Positions 50,972 through 61,534 of a stretch of DNA of 64,000 nucleotides are shown here, one piece after another. The notes below the pieces were generated by a model. That model did no database searches. It worked only from the letters and a program-made list of their open reading frames with translations, and was not told the origin of the DNA. The stretch covers positions 24,279 to 88,278 of the forward strand of contig CAZUDM010000010.1 in NCBI GenBank assembly GCA_964618635.1, in the 5' to 3' direction. The position numbers and the translations under genes were made by a program. Position 1 is the stretch's first letter. Every line of letters starts with the position of its first letter. This stretch comes from an uncultured Spirochaetia bacterium (GTDB lineage Bacteria > Desulfobacterota_D > UBA1144 > Nemesobacterales > UBA2774).

Positions 50972-52393
50972 ATGTTTCCGAAAAAACCGGCGGAGGTTTT
51001 AAAGCTCATTAAAGATAACAATGTAGAATTCATCGATTTCAGGTTCCTCGATTTCATAGGCACCTGGCAGCACTTCAGCGTACCGTCCCACGAGCTTGGG
51101 CTGGGCACGTTCGAAGAGGGCCTCGGGTTCGACGGCTCCAGTATTCGCGGATGGCAGTCGATTCACGCGAGCGACATGCTCATGATACCCGACCCCGAGA
51201 CCGCAAGGATCGATCCCTTCACGACGCACCCGACTCTCGCTATAATATGCGACATAGTCGATCCGATCACGCGCGAGCCCTACTCGCGCGACCCGAGGAA
51301 TATAGCCAAGAAGGCCGTCGCCTATCTCAAGAGCACGGGCATCGGCGATACGGCGTTCTTCGGCCCCGAGCTCGAGTTCTTCGTCTTCGACGACGTAAGG
51401 TACGACCAGACTTCCAACTCCGGGTACTACTTCGTCGATTCCATAGAAGGCATTTGGAATTCCGGCAGGGACGAGAACCCCAACCTCGGATACAAACCGA
51501 GGCACAAGGAAGGATACTTCCCGACGCCGCCGACCGATTCGCTTCAGGACATACGCTCCGAGATGGTGAGCCTGCTCGAAAAGCTCGGCATAAGCATCGA
51601 AGCCCATCACCACGAAGTCGCGACGGCCGGACAGTGCGAAATAGACATGCGCTTTGCCCCGCTCATTCAGATGGGCGATCAGATGATGTGGTACAAATAC
51701 GTGATCAAGAACGTGGCCAGGCAGTTCGGGAAGACTGTAACCTTCATGCCCAAGCCCCTTTTCGAGGACAACGGCTCGGGTATGCACGTCCACCAGTCCA
51801 TATGGAAAAAAGACAAGCCGCTCTTCGCCGGAAACGGCTACGCAGGCATGAGCGACCTCGCCATGCACTACATAGGCGGCATCCTGAAGCACGCAAGGGC
51901 GATATGTGCATTCACCAACCCGACAACGAACTCCTACAGAAGGCTCGTACCGGGCTTCGAAGCGCCGGTTAACCTCGCCTACTCGGCAAGGAACAGAAGC
52001 GCATCGATAAGGATCCCGATGTACTCGCCGAGCCCGAAGGCAAAGAGGCTCGAGTGCAGGTTCCCCGACCCGTCCTGTAACGGCTACCTCGCATTCTCCG
52101 CGATGCTCATGGCCGGTCTCGACGGCATAGAAAAGAAGCTCAGCCCTGGAGAGCCGCTGGACAAGGACATCTACGCACTCGGGCCGGAGGAGCTTGCAGG
52201 TATTCCGAACGTTCCGGGCTCTCTCGAAGGGGCGCTCGAAGCCCTGGAGGCGGATCACGAGTTCCTGCTCAAGGGCGACGTATTCACCGAAGACGTTATC
52301 GAAACCTGGATCGAATACAAGACGGACAAGGAAGTAAACCCAGTAAAACTGAGACCCGTACCGTACGAATTCAAGCTCTACTTCGACGTGTAA
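50972..52393 (+). CDS. glnA: Glutamine synthetase type I.
   Basis: GS-I beta-grasp and catalytic domains, an adenylylation-site-like region, and AGGAGG before the ATG at 50972. Confidence 0.92.
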   Translation: MFPKKPAEVLKLIKDNNVEFIDFRFLDFIGTWQHFSVPSHELGLGTFEEGLGFDGSSIRGWQSIHASDMLMIPDPETARIDPFTTHPTLAIICDIVDPITREPYSRDPRNIAKKAVAYLKSTGIGDTAFFGPELEFFVFDDVRYDQTSNSGYYFVDSIEGIWNSGRDENPNLGYKPRHKEGYFPTPPTDSLQDIRSEMVSLLEKLGISIEAHHHEVATAGQCEIDMRFAPLIQMGDQMMWYKYVIKNVARQFGKTVTFMPKPLFEDNGSGMHVHQSIWKKDKPLFAGNGYAGMSDLAMHYIGGILKHARAICAFTNPTTNSYRRLVPGFEAPVNLAYSARNRSASIRIPMYSPSPKAKRLECRFPDPSCNGYLAFSAMLMAGLDGIEKKLSPGEPLDKDIYALGPEELAGIPNVPGSLEGALEALEADHEFLLKGDVFTEDVIETWIEYKTDKEVNPVKLRPVPYEFKLYFDV

Positions 52394-52419
52394 TAGGTCT
52401 TAACCTAGGATAATAAAAA

Positions 52420-52460
52420 CCGGATGACTACAGGCGGCGGCCTTTCTCAAGGCCGCCGCT
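52420..52460 (+). terminator. Rho-independent terminator after glnA (GGCGGCGGCC-loop-GGCCGCCGC plus a T8 tract).
   Basis: Perfect GC-rich hairpin followed by tttttttt. Confidence 0.8.
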
Positions 52461-52678
52461 TTTTTTTATGTCTGTTATTCCTCTTTCCTTTTCAACACAC
52501 AACTGCAGAAAACCCTACCGCGCGCCGCAGGCCCCGCACACTTATGGGTTCGCCTGACTTCCTGATTTTCCCCGAGTGGCTCTAAGTTAAACCGTATGTT
52601 GGGTGGAGACGTTTCGACTGAACGGCACGGCACGAAGCCGCATGAGTTCCTTTCGGGTTTTGCTAGGGGATAAAACAA

Positions 52679-54655
52679 TCAGAACTTCTGCCAGAGGACT
52701 ATGAAGACGAGTATCGCAAGCGCGCCTATCGCCATGAGAGTGGCGTAGCTCCTGAGGACACCCGTCTGCGCGGCCTGGAGAGTGAGCGCAGCTTCACGGA
52801 GAATATTCGCGACGCCGTTCACGGCCCCGTCGATAAACTTTATATCGAACCAGGCGGCGAGATTGCAGAGATACCTGAAGGGCTGGACTATGATGTAGTC
52901 GTAGAGCTCGTCCACGTACCACTTGTTGTAGGAAAGGTTGTAAAGCGGCTCGACGTTTTTGTTGGCCGCGATCCTGTCCGCCGTCCCCGGCTTTACGGAA
53001 TAGAGATAAAACGCTATCGCGATACCGGTGGCGGCAGCGGCTATGGACAATATCAGAAGCGTAACGTGATTCAGCAGATGATGCCCCGCGGCGACGAAAT
53101 TATCGAGAAGTATCGCCGGCGAGACGAATTTGTCGAAAAGGTTGGATTCGTGGATGCCCACGAGCTCGCCGATGAACTCCGGTACTCCCAGGTATCCGCC
53201 GAATATCGACAGCACCGCAAGTATCATGAGAGGTATCGTCATTGAGAATGGCGACTCGTGCACGTGATGCTTGACCTCGTCCGTCATCCTCGTCTTGCCC
53301 TCGAACGTCAGGAGGTAGAGCCTGAACATGTACGCGGCCGTCATGACGACCGTGATGAGCGCCAGTAGCCAGTGAAGCGCGTATCCCCTGTCGTAGACCT
53401 GCCCGAGAATCCCGTCCTTACTGTAAAAGCCCGAGAGCAAAGGGACACCGGCTATCGCGAGTGTTCCTATGAGGAACGTTATTGCGGTCGTCGGGATATA
53501 TTTCCGTAACCCTCCCATGCGCCTTATGTCCTGCTCGCCGGAAAGGGCATGTATAACGCTTCCCGAGCCCAGGAAGAGGAGGGCCTTGAAGAACGCGTGT
53601 GTGACGAGGTGAAAAAGCCCCGCCGTGTATGCACCTACGCCTATGCCCATAAACATATAGCCGAGCTGGCTTATCGTGGAATATGCGAGGACCTTCTTTA
53701 TATCGTTCTGCGTGAGGGCTATTGTCGCCGCGAGGAATGCTGTCAAAACGGCCACGGTTACGACGACCGTTTGCGCAGTTACGGACTGCGAGAATATGGC
53801 GCTGCACCTGGCCACCATGTATGCGCCGGCGGTGACCATCGTGGCCGCGTGTATGAGCGCGCTCACGGGCGTAGGGCCGGCCATTGCGTCCGGTAGCCAC
53901 ACGTAAAGCGGTATCTGCGCCGATTTTCCAACGGCGCCGACGAATAGAAGGAGCGCTATGCCCGTAATCACGGCGGCCGGGACTGTGCTCATGAAAACGG
54001 GGTCGAGCGCCTTTCCGAAGACCTCCTGGTAACCGACGGAGCCGAAGACGAAAAAGATGAGAAATATTCCGAGCAGGAATCCGAAGTCCCCTATCCTGTT
54101 AACGACGAACGCCTTTCGTCCGGCGTCGGCGTTGGCCGGATTTTCATACCAGAACCCGATTAAGAGATAAGACGCAAGACCCACTCCCTCCCATCCGACG
54201 AACATAAGCGGGAAGCTGTTACCGAGGACGAGGGTGAGCATGAAAAATATGAAAAGATTGAGGTACATGAAGTACTTGGCGTAGGCCTTGTCGTCGTGCA
54301 TGTAGCCCGTCGAATAGACGTGAATGAGGAAGCCTATCCACGTTACGACCAATGCCATTATGCAGGAAAGGGTGTCGAAGAGCAGGTCGAAGCTCACGGT
54401 GAACGAGCCCGACGGTATCCATACGAAGAGCTCCTGGATTATCTGCCGCTCTCCCGGCTCCATGGAAAGGAGCCTGAGAAAGAGCGAAGTCGATATAAGC
54501 GCCGAGGCAAGCACCACTCCGCAGCCGACCAGGCTTACGATCTTCTTTTCCGTGTGCTCGTCGCCTTTCAGAACCTTTCTCCAGAGGCCCGATACGAAGA
54601 AGAGCCCGTTAAACGCCGCCCCGAGAAGAGGTATGAGAACAATCCAGAGTATCAT
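52679..54655 (-). CDS. nuoL: NADH-quinone oxidoreductase subunit L.
   Basis: 658 aa, an antiporter-like subunit with a long C-terminal amphipathic helix region. Confidence 0.9.
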   Translation of the reverse strand: MILWIVLIPLLGAAFNGLFFVSGLWRKVLKGDEHTEKKIVSLVGCGVVLASALISTSLFLRLLSMEPGERQIIQELFVWIPSGSFTVSFDLLFDTLSCIMALVVTWIGFLIHVYSTGYMHDDKAYAKYFMYLNLFIFFMLTLVLGNSFPLMFVGWEGVGLASYLLIGFWYENPANADAGRKAFVVNRIGDFGFLLGIFLIFFVFGSVGYQEVFGKALDPVFMSTVPAAVITGIALLLFVGAVGKSAQIPLYVWLPDAMAGPTPVSALIHAATMVTAGAYMVARCSAIFSQSVTAQTVVVTVAVLTAFLAATIALTQNDIKKVLAYSTISQLGYMFMGIGVGAYTAGLFHLVTHAFFKALLFLGSGSVIHALSGEQDIRRMGGLRKYIPTTAITFLIGTLAIAGVPLLSGFYSKDGILGQVYDRGYALHWLLALITVVMTAAYMFRLYLLTFEGKTRMTDEVKHHVHESPFSMTIPLMILAVLSIFGGYLGVPEFIGELVGIHESNLFDKFVSPAILLDNFVAAGHHLLNHVTLLILSIAAAATGIAIAFYLYSVKPGTADRIAANKNVEPLYNLSYNKWYVDELYDYIIVQPFRYLCNLAAWFDIKFIDGAVNGVANILREAALTLQAAQTGVLRSYATLMAIGALAILVFIVLWQKF

Positions 54656-54661
54656 TGTATG

Positions 54662-54970
54662 CTAACCCTTAAGCATCCTTAATATGTCTACGTTAAGCGA
54701 ATCCCTGTGAGAATAAACAGCCACCACGAGCGCAAGCCCGACGGCCACCTCGGCGGCCGCGACCGTAATCGACATTATCATGAACACATGCCCCGTCATG
54801 TCGCCGTGGAGCCTCGAAAAGGCGATGAACGCCAGATTCGCGGCGTTCAGCATGAGCTCGAGCGACATCAGAACTATTATGAGGTTCTTCCTCGCTATGA
54901 CCCCGAAGGCCCCTATGACGAAAAGTATCGCGCTCAGAACGAAAAAATGCTCGGGGGCTATGCCGGACAT
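54662..54970 (-). CDS. nuoK: NADH-quinone oxidoreductase subunit K.
   Basis: 102 aa, 3 TM, with the conserved glutamates. Confidence 0.9.
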   Translation of the reverse strand: MSGIAPEHFFVLSAILFVIGAFGVIARKNLIIVLMSLELMLNAANLAFIAFSRLHGDMTGHVFMIMSITVAAAEVAVGLALVVAVYSHRDSLNVDILRMLKG

Positions 54971-54971
54971 C

Positions 54972-55478
54972 TCAGCTCTCCCTCCTTTTAGCTATCGCGA
55001 CGACGCCGATAATAGCGGCGAGAATGAGCACGGAGGTAAGCTCGAACGGAAGGAGATAGTCCGTAAAGAGCGTTTTTCCTACCCCCTCGACGGTACCGAA
55101 CCCTTCCGGGAGGGCCGCTGTGCTTCCTTCGGGAAACGTTTTGCTGTAGGCAAGAATGGCGAAGTAACCCACGAAAAAGAGGCCCGCCAGAAGGACGCTG
55201 CCCTTAAAGGCCATGTTCTTGGAGTCGAAATTGAGCGCTCCGGGCTTGAGATTAAGGAACATGACGGTGAAAAGGAACAGCACCATTATCGCGCCCGCGT
55301 AGACCAGTATCTGTATCGCGGCTATGAAATGCGCCGAAAGGAGCACGAAAAGCACAGCCGTCGAGAACAGCGTCAGAACCAGAGACACGGCGCTCGACAC
55401 CGGATTTTTATGAATCACTACGAGGAGAGCGCCCGCCACGGCGAGCGCCGCGAAGAGATAGAATAGTACAGTCTCCAA
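54972..55478 (-). CDS. nuoJ: NADH-quinone oxidoreductase subunit J.
   Basis: 168 aa, 5 TM, NuoJ-like. Confidence 0.85.
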   Translation of the reverse strand: METVLFYLFAALAVAGALLVVIHKNPVSSAVSLVLTLFSTAVLFVLLSAHFIAAIQILVYAGAIMVLFLFTVMFLNLKPGALNFDSKNMAFKGSVLLAGLFFVGYFAILAYSKTFPEGSTAALPEGFGTVEGVGKTLFTDYLLPFELTSVLILAAIIGVVAIAKRRES

Positions 55479-55598
55479 GCTGTTAAAACCTCCCGGATAA
55501 ATAGGCGACTGAGCTTTAAATCGAGGTACATGAATTATATGTGGAACAGGGCGATAGTCAACGTTTGCCCCATAAAACGGGATTAAATCGCGCCGGGC

Positions 55599-56282
55599 TC
55601 ACCTGCTTTTGCCGACGCCCACCCTATCGCACCAGACCGATACAGGACACAGGGTGCACATCGGGGAAATCGGCTTGCAAAGGTGCTGTCCGAAGGCTAC
55701 CAGGAGGCTGTTGTAGTCTATCCAGTATTTTTTCGGGAGTTTTCTCCGGAGCGCCATCTCGGTGTCGTGCGGATTCCTGGTCTTTATGTAACCGAGCCTG
55801 TTTGAAATCCTGTGCACGTGCGTATCGACGCATATACCGGGCTTGTTGTAGCCGAGGGTCAAAACGAGGTTCGCGGTCTTCCTTCCGACTCCCTTCAGCT
55901 TTAGGAGCTCGTCGAGGTCGTCGGGGACGCGTGATCCGTAATTATCGACGAGAGTCCGGCAGATGTCGAGCACGTTCCGGGCCTTTACCCTGTAAAACCC
56001 GACGGGATAGATCGCCTTTGCAATTTCATCCTCGCTCAGCTCGAGCATGTCGGAAGGGTTATCGGCGAGGGCGAAGAGCCTCCGGGACGCGGCTGCCGTG
56101 GTTTCGTCCTTAGTCCTCAGGCTGAGAACGGTGGATATAAGCACCCTGAACGGGTCGCGGGAGGTCTCGGCGACGAGGGTTACAGCGGGCACGTCCCACG
56201 ACGGGGCGGCCTTCGTCAGAGCCTCGATTACAGGATGGATGTCGTCAGCTTTCATTGGAAATCCGGAAATCATAATATACAC
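55599..56282 (-). CDS. nth: Endonuclease III (Nth).
   Basis: HhH-GPD motif and a C-terminal 4Fe-4S cluster loop (CxxxxxxCxxCxxxxxC). Confidence 0.88.
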   Translation of the reverse strand: MYIMISGFPMKADDIHPVIEALTKAAPSWDVPAVTLVAETSRDPFRVLISTVLSLRTKDETTAAASRRLFALADNPSDMLELSEDEIAKAIYPVGFYRVKARNVLDICRTLVDNYGSRVPDDLDELLKLKGVGRKTANLVLTLGYNKPGICVDTHVHRISNRLGYIKTRNPHDTEMALRRKLPKKYWIDYNSLLVAFGQHLCKPISPMCTLCPVSVWCDRVGVGKSR

Positions 56283-56412
56283 AAAACTCGTAGGGCAGGC
56301 AGGAAACAGCGCTATATCAAAATGGAAAAGGGCGAAAAGATCGCCGGAAGGTTCTAATATTTAATAATGGAGCCGGCGCGCCGCTGTGCATGACGGCGCG
56401 CCGGAAAATGAG

Positions 56413-57648
56413 TTAGTTATACACTTCCATAAGGCTTCTCAGGACAGGTGCCGATTTCGACCTTCTTATCCTGTCGAGCGCCTTCTTTTCGATCTGTCTT
56501 ATTCTTTCCCTCGTGAGACGGAATTTTCTCCCGATCTCGTCCAGCGTGTAGGGGCACTCGTAACCGATACCGAATCTCATTTTTACGACTTCGCGCTCCC
56601 GCATGGGGAGTATGAGGAGGGCGTCGTTTATGTTCCCCGGGATGGATATCTCCGCTATGAGGGAATCGACTTTGAGAGCGCCCGAGTCCTCTATATAATC
56701 CATGAACGTCGCCTTCTCTCCGTTCCATATGGGCGTATCCAGCCTGACGACCCTGTTGGCACCGGATTCGAGGATTCTTCTTACGTTCTCGACGCTCATC
56801 TCGGCCTTCTCCGCGATCTCTTCAGCCATCGGCTCCCTCTCGTTCTCGCGCGTGAGCTCCCTTTTTACGTGCCTGACCTTGCCTGCCTTTTCGAGAAGGT
56901 AAGCCGGCATTTTAACGGTGCGGGTCTGGTTGAATATACCCCTCGTCATCGCCTGATTGATCCACCAGCAGGCGTATGTCGAGAATCTGTACCCCTTCCT
57001 GTGGTCGAACCTCTCGACAGCCTTTATGAGGCCGAGGTTCCCTTCCTGAATAAGGTCGAGAAACGGCACGCCCCTTCCGGCAAACCTCTTGGCCATGCTG
57101 GCGACGAGCCTGAGGTTGGCCTTTATAAACCTGTTCCTGAGCTCGAATCCCTTTTTCTGGTAGGCCTTATGAAGACCCGCGAGTGCGCTCAGCCGGCAGC
57201 AGGTTTCGAGATGCTTTACCCTTTCCGCCGCCGTCATGGTCGCGGCATCCCGGGTGTAAAACTCGCTTATGGCCTCGGCAAGCTTTTCGGGCTCCTGGCC
57301 GAGTCTCTTCCCTAAAAGCTTTTCGATCTTCTTCCTTATGCTTATGGCCTTGTCCTCGCAGCATTTTATCTTGGCCGCCACATGCGCCTCTTCGTTTGGC
57401 GCAAGGAGTGTCTCCGTGCTGACTTCCTTAAAATAGGCGTTTACCAGCCGGAGGTCCTGATTAATTTCTTCTTTATTAGTTTTAATGTTGCTGACGTTTT
57501 CCTCTTCCTCTGCGGTCTCGACGGTATCCTCTTCGAAATAGTCGTCGATCTCGTCGAATTCGTCACCGCCGAAGTCGTCCACCATAGTCTCGGCCTGGCC
57601 GTGACCGTAATCATCGAATATGTTCGCAAATTCAGGCTTTTTTAGCAT
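56413..57648 (-). CDS. RNA polymerase sigma factor, sigma-70 family, group 1/2 (RpoD/RpoS-like) with an acidic N-terminal region.
   Basis: Regions 1.2 through 4.2 are present, including the RpoD-box-like DLIQEGNLGLIKAVERFDHRKGYRFSTYACWWI. Confidence 0.85.
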   Translation of the reverse strand: MLKKPEFANIFDDYGHGQAETMVDDFGGDEFDEIDDYFEEDTVETAEEEENVSNIKTNKEEINQDLRLVNAYFKEVSTETLLAPNEEAHVAAKIKCCEDKAISIRKKIEKLLGKRLGQEPEKLAEAISEFYTRDAATMTAAERVKHLETCCRLSALAGLHKAYQKKGFELRNRFIKANLRLVASMAKRFAGRGVPFLDLIQEGNLGLIKAVERFDHRKGYRFSTYACWWINQAMTRGIFNQTRTVKMPAYLLEKAGKVRHVKRELTRENEREPMAEEIAEKAEMSVENVRRILESGANRVVRLDTPIWNGEKATFMDYIEDSGALKVDSLIAEISIPGNINDALLILPMREREVVKMRFGIGYECPYTLDEIGRKFRLTRERIRQIEKKALDRIRRSKSAPVLRSLMEVYN

Positions 57649-58069
57649 TATCGGCCTCCTTCGGGTCATCTGATCCCGGATATGGGTATTCCCACACCCG
57701 TTCCGACCTTATACCTATTAAACCAGTACGATCACGAAATGGTTTCAGATTCATTCGAACTGTTTTAAGCAGCCCGAATCATTTGGAAAGATTGTTATTT
57801 TGGAGCCTCCCGAGGGCAAGCACCGCTCCGGTTTTTCCGGATTTTCGTATGAAACTCGTCTTAAGATTTATACGGCCTAGAAGCCAAAACCATTCGGTAC
57901 TTATGTGTCGGGACGAAAATGCCGGTTTTCAGATTGTAGGAAACGCCGGGAGAATTCCACTCTATATTATTAAGGGACGCGTACCGATACGCGAGGGTGT
58001 TTCTCGAAAGGAGCGGCCTTCGCGAGGACGCCGGATAAATCGCGACCGATCCCGGCTCCCGAAGCGAAG

Positions 58070-58828
58070 TCACTGGAGAGTCGAGTCGTCTGCTGCACCG
58101 GCGGAGGCTGTGCTCCGTATGTCGTCCCACTTCTGCAGAAACGCCTTGAGGGACGAGGCGGCCTCGTCGAACCTGCTTTCTCTCAGCTGACCGATGAATG
58201 CCCACGCCTCTTCGACCGAGCGCTCCCTTTCGAGAGAGTATGGATTTATCAGGGCACAGAGCTCGCCGTAGTTAAGAACTATAAATCCCGATGGGTCATA
58301 TCCCGAAAGCCAGCTTTTCAGGTCGCGGAGGCTCATAAGGAATGTTTCCAGGTCGAAGCCATACTCCTTTCCAATTCCACCACCACCGCCTTCAATGGAT
58401 TCCGATACGACTGCCGCAGCGTCGTCGAGGCGCTCGATGGCCGTACCTATCCGTGTATTGTAATAAAGCGCGTTGAACCCCCAGTGCGTGTAGAGCGTTT
58501 GCCTGTCTTCGGGGCTGAACAGAACGAACCATTCTAGCGGGATGAAATTCTCTGAGAAGAAGAGATTTGATTTCGAGCGGAACGGGGCGATGTAGTATTT
58601 GCCGTCGTCGTCCTTCGTGAAAAAGCAATGCTCGACCTCGTTCTTGTCTATGCCTAGGTGAGCGGCCATAGCCTGAACGAAGGACTCGTACTCGTTTCCG
58701 AACCATACGCCGAAGGGCGACGTAGGGCCGCCCCAGTACTTTTCATAGAACTCCGCGTACTCCTTCCAGTAATAAGCCTTGTCCGTCATTTCGACAGGTT
58801 CGTAGACGACGAGCGTACTCTTGGCCAT
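58070..58828 (-). CDS. Hypothetical protein (252 aa, Trp/Tyr/Phe-rich).
   Basis: ORF with consistent codon usage. No signal peptide and no recognisable domain. Confidence 0.5.
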   Translation of the reverse strand: MAKSTLVVYEPVEMTDKAYYWKEYAEFYEKYWGGPTSPFGVWFGNEYESFVQAMAAHLGIDKNEVEHCFFTKDDDGKYYIAPFRSKSNLFFSENFIPLEWFVLFSPEDRQTLYTHWGFNALYYNTRIGTAIERLDDAAAVVSESIEGGGGGIGKEYGFDLETFLMSLRDLKSWLSGYDPSGFIVLNYGELCALINPYSLERERSVEEAWAFIGQLRESRFDEAASSLKAFLQKWDDIRSTASAGAADDSTLQ

Positions 58829-59035
58829 ATGAAATTAATAAACCATCCGCTATTCAAAATCAATCCGGTATGACGGGCGGAAGACTTCGGAAAGGCGCTA
58901 CGGCGGCACAGGTTCACGTGTCTACCTCAGACCTTGCGCTTCTCGTGATCGCGTCTGCCGGAACGCTGAATACGCCCTTGAATACGGGACAATTATGGAT
59001 TGACAAAGGCTCTCCAACCTGCGTAATATCTTGTC

Positions 59036-59752
59036 ATGGCAGATGTATCAATAGACGAAATTATAAAAGAAGCGAAAAAAAGAAAGGTAGACCTCGGAAG
59101 CGACCCTGAAAAAACGATCAAGATATGCGCCCGGCTCGGGCTCATACCGAAGCCGCGGAGGAAGAGGGTTTCCTCGGGCGGCACGTCGAAGACGCTTTTA
59201 CTTTTCCCCGAAAAAACCATCGAAAAGCTCGCCCATATAAAGGCGCTCAAGTCGGAGGGGCTAAGCCCCGAGGAGATAAAAGACAGCTTCGCTCTGGAGT
59301 ACGTTCAGGGCGCCCTCAAGGACCTTCTCAACAACGCCGACGACGACAAGGTCAAAGAGCTCGCGAATATCATCAGCAAGGAAAAGGAGCTCGAATCGAT
59401 AGTCGAGGCCCCGCTCGTGTATCTAATCGAAGGCATGTCGCCGGACGAGGCGAAGAAGCTCCTGACCCTTTTCTGCGGAGTGGGTTTTTACGCGCTCATC
59501 GAGGCCCAGAAGCTCCTCGAAGAATTCAAATTCAACGACGCCAGGCGGGCGCTTTTCAGGGCGATATTCTATAATTCGATCGCGGTTTTGAGGCTCGCGC
59601 GGACTACAGGCGATACGAAGCTCGAAGCCACGGCTTTTGAATTTTACGAAAAGACGGTAATCGAGCCTATAGGAAGGGCCAGCGAGCGCGTCAGAAAGGA
59701 ATTTATAAACTCGTTCGAGAAGTATCTCAAGGACAAGGGCCTTACGAACTGA
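59036..59752 (+). CDS. Hypothetical helical protein. The N-terminus resembles the second half of a MerR-type HTH.
   Basis: ARLGLIPKPRR...IEKLAHIKALKSEGLSPEEIK resembles the MerR recognition helix and wing. Confidence 0.5.
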   Translation: MADVSIDEIIKEAKKRKVDLGSDPEKTIKICARLGLIPKPRRKRVSSGGTSKTLLLFPEKTIEKLAHIKALKSEGLSPEEIKDSFALEYVQGALKDLLNNADDDKVKELANIISKEKELESIVEAPLVYLIEGMSPDEAKKLLTLFCGVGFYALIEAQKLLEEFKFNDARRALFRAIFYNSIAVLRLARTTGDTKLEATAFEFYEKTVIEPIGRASERVRKEFINSFEKYLKDKGLTN

Positions 59753-59768
59753 GCCGTCCCCATTTCCG

Positions 59769-60044
59769 CTATATGGGGCCGACCCTGAGTTTTCCGCTTA
59801 TGTGGCGCGACATGGCGCCCACCGATTCGAAAAATTCCGGCGTGATCTCTTCCTCGTCCAGCCTTATTCGGAATTCCTGCTCCAGCGCAACCAGAAGCTC
59901 GAGACGCGCGACGGAATCGATCCCCACGCCGAGCTCCACGAGCGGAAACTCGTCGTCGATATTTTCTGTTATTACGTCAGGAGGCAGGCTCGTTCCGAGC
60001 ACCTTTCGCACTCTTCCGGCAACGTCATTCATATTCTTCACCAT
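59769..60044 (-). CDS. Acyl carrier protein.
   Basis: 91 aa with the phosphopantetheine-attachment motif LGVGIDSVARLEL. Confidence 0.75.
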   Translation of the reverse strand: MVKNMNDVAGRVRKVLGTSLPPDVITENIDDEFPLVELGVGIDSVARLELLVALEQEFRIRLDEEEITPEFFESVGAMSRHISGKLRVGPI

Positions 60045-60048
60045 GAAG

Positions 60049-61530
60049 CTACTTTAACCGCTCTTTGAGAACCTTGCCCGCAGGGCTTCTCGGAAGCTCT
60101 TTCCTGAACTCTATCGAAAGGGGGATTTTATAATCGGCGAGCTTTCCCCTGCAGTGCTCTATTACGTCGCCGGCCGTGACGGGCCTTTCGGAAACGAGGA
60201 CGGCCTTCACGTGCTCCTTACCGCTCTTGTCCTCGACCCCGAGGACGGCGGTTTCCGTAATCCCGGGCATACCCAGGAGAACGTTCTCGACCTCCGCCGG
60301 GTCCACCTTGTACCCGCCGGCGTTTATGAAGAACTTCCTCCGGCCGGTTATGTAGATGTATCCCTCGCCGTCTATTCTTCCGAGGTCCCCGGTGAAATAG
60401 TACCCGTTCCGGAAAACCTTTTCCGTCTCCTCCGGAAGGCCGTCGTATCCGCGTGTCATCGAAGGGCTCCTGACGGCGAGCTCCCCTTCCGCGCCGGTTT
60501 CGAGCTCCTCCCCGCCGTCGCCGAAGACCTTTACAGTCACGTGTTTCACAGGCCGTCCGACGGAGGCCGACCGCCTTTCGATATCTTCTGCGAGGTTGAC
60601 GGATATGACCCCGGTTTCCGTGGAGCCGTAGAGCTGTCGGGGGTATATCGAAAATCTCTCGTGGAATTTCTTGAAGGTCTCTTCTCTTAACGGAGCGCCC
60701 GCCGAAATCACGAGCCTGAGATGGGAGAGGTCTTTCTCTTCGGTGGTGAACGTGCCTGCCAACGCGTCGAGCATCACGGGCACGGCGGGGAATATGGTTA
60801 CGGCTTCCCTCTCCAGAACGTCCAGCACCCTGTTTCTGTTAAACTGCTCGAGCATTATCGAAGCCGCGCCGCCGCGGACGGCGCTTATGAAATTCCCGAA
60901 CGCGTAGGTATGAGAAAGCGGCACGACGAAAAGCACCCTGTCCGTATCCGTAAACCCTGCCGTATAGGAATGGTTTTGAGCGAGGGCGGCGAGATTGTAG
61001 TGAGTACGTGCAACCCTCTTTGGTTTCCCCGTCGAGCCCGTCGAGTAGAGAAATATCGCGTCGTCCCCGGCCTCGACTTTGACCAGTGGCGGATTTCCGG
61101 CTTCGCCTTTAATGTAAACCCAGTCCGCCGCTTCGCCCCTTATTATCGCGACAGATGCTCCCGAACCCGAGGCCGCCTTCTCCGCTATCTCCCTTGATGC
61201 GGCGTCCGTCAGGAGAACCTTCGCCCCAGAGTCCGTCACGTAAAACCTTATCTCGTCCTCTTTACAGAGACTGTTCACAGGCACCGATACGGCGCCGAGA
61301 GAGGCCGAGGCGTAAAAGGCGGCGGCAAACTCCATGGAGTTGGGAAGGAGTATCGCGACCCTGTCCCCCCTTCCTACGCCGCGCGAGGCGAGGAAAGAGG
61401 CCAGGGATTTCACGGCCTCACCGAGCTCGGCGTATGTCAGTGTTCTGTCTCCGTCAATAACCCCCGGCCGGCTTCCGAACCTCTCGACGCTTTCGAGAAA
61501 TAAATCGTTCATCGTCTGCATAAGCTGCAC
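60049..61530 (-). CDS. AMP-dependent synthetase/ligase (fatty-acyl-AMP/ACP ligase-like).
   Basis: AMP-binding motif LYSTGSTGKPKRV. 4-nt spacing to the ACP gene downstream. Confidence 0.8.
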   Translation of the reverse strand: MQLMQTMNDLFLESVERFGSRPGVIDGDRTLTYAELGEAVKSLASFLASRGVGRGDRVAILLPNSMEFAAAFYASASLGAVSVPVNSLCKEDEIRFYVTDSGAKVLLTDAASREIAEKAASGSGASVAIIRGEAADWVYIKGEAGNPPLVKVEAGDDAIFLYSTGSTGKPKRVARTHYNLAALAQNHSYTAGFTDTDRVLFVVPLSHTYAFGNFISAVRGGAASIMLEQFNRNRVLDVLEREAVTIFPAVPVMLDALAGTFTTEEKDLSHLRLVISAGAPLREETFKKFHERFSIYPRQLYGSTETGVISVNLAEDIERRSASVGRPVKHVTVKVFGDGGEELETGAEGELAVRSPSMTRGYDGLPEETEKVFRNGYYFTGDLGRIDGEGYIYITGRRKFFINAGGYKVDPAEVENVLLGMPGITETAVLGVEDKSGKEHVKAVLVSERPVTAGDVIEHCRGKLADYKIPLSIEFRKELPRSPAGKVLKERLK

Positions 61531-61534
61531 CCGT

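Noticed and set aside
52461-52678. Possible SRP RNA, 6S RNA or tmRNA in the glnA-nuoL spacer.
   Set aside because: No match to the 4.5S conserved GGAAGGAAGCAGCC core or to tmRNA or tRNA features. It is kept only as a low-interest finding.
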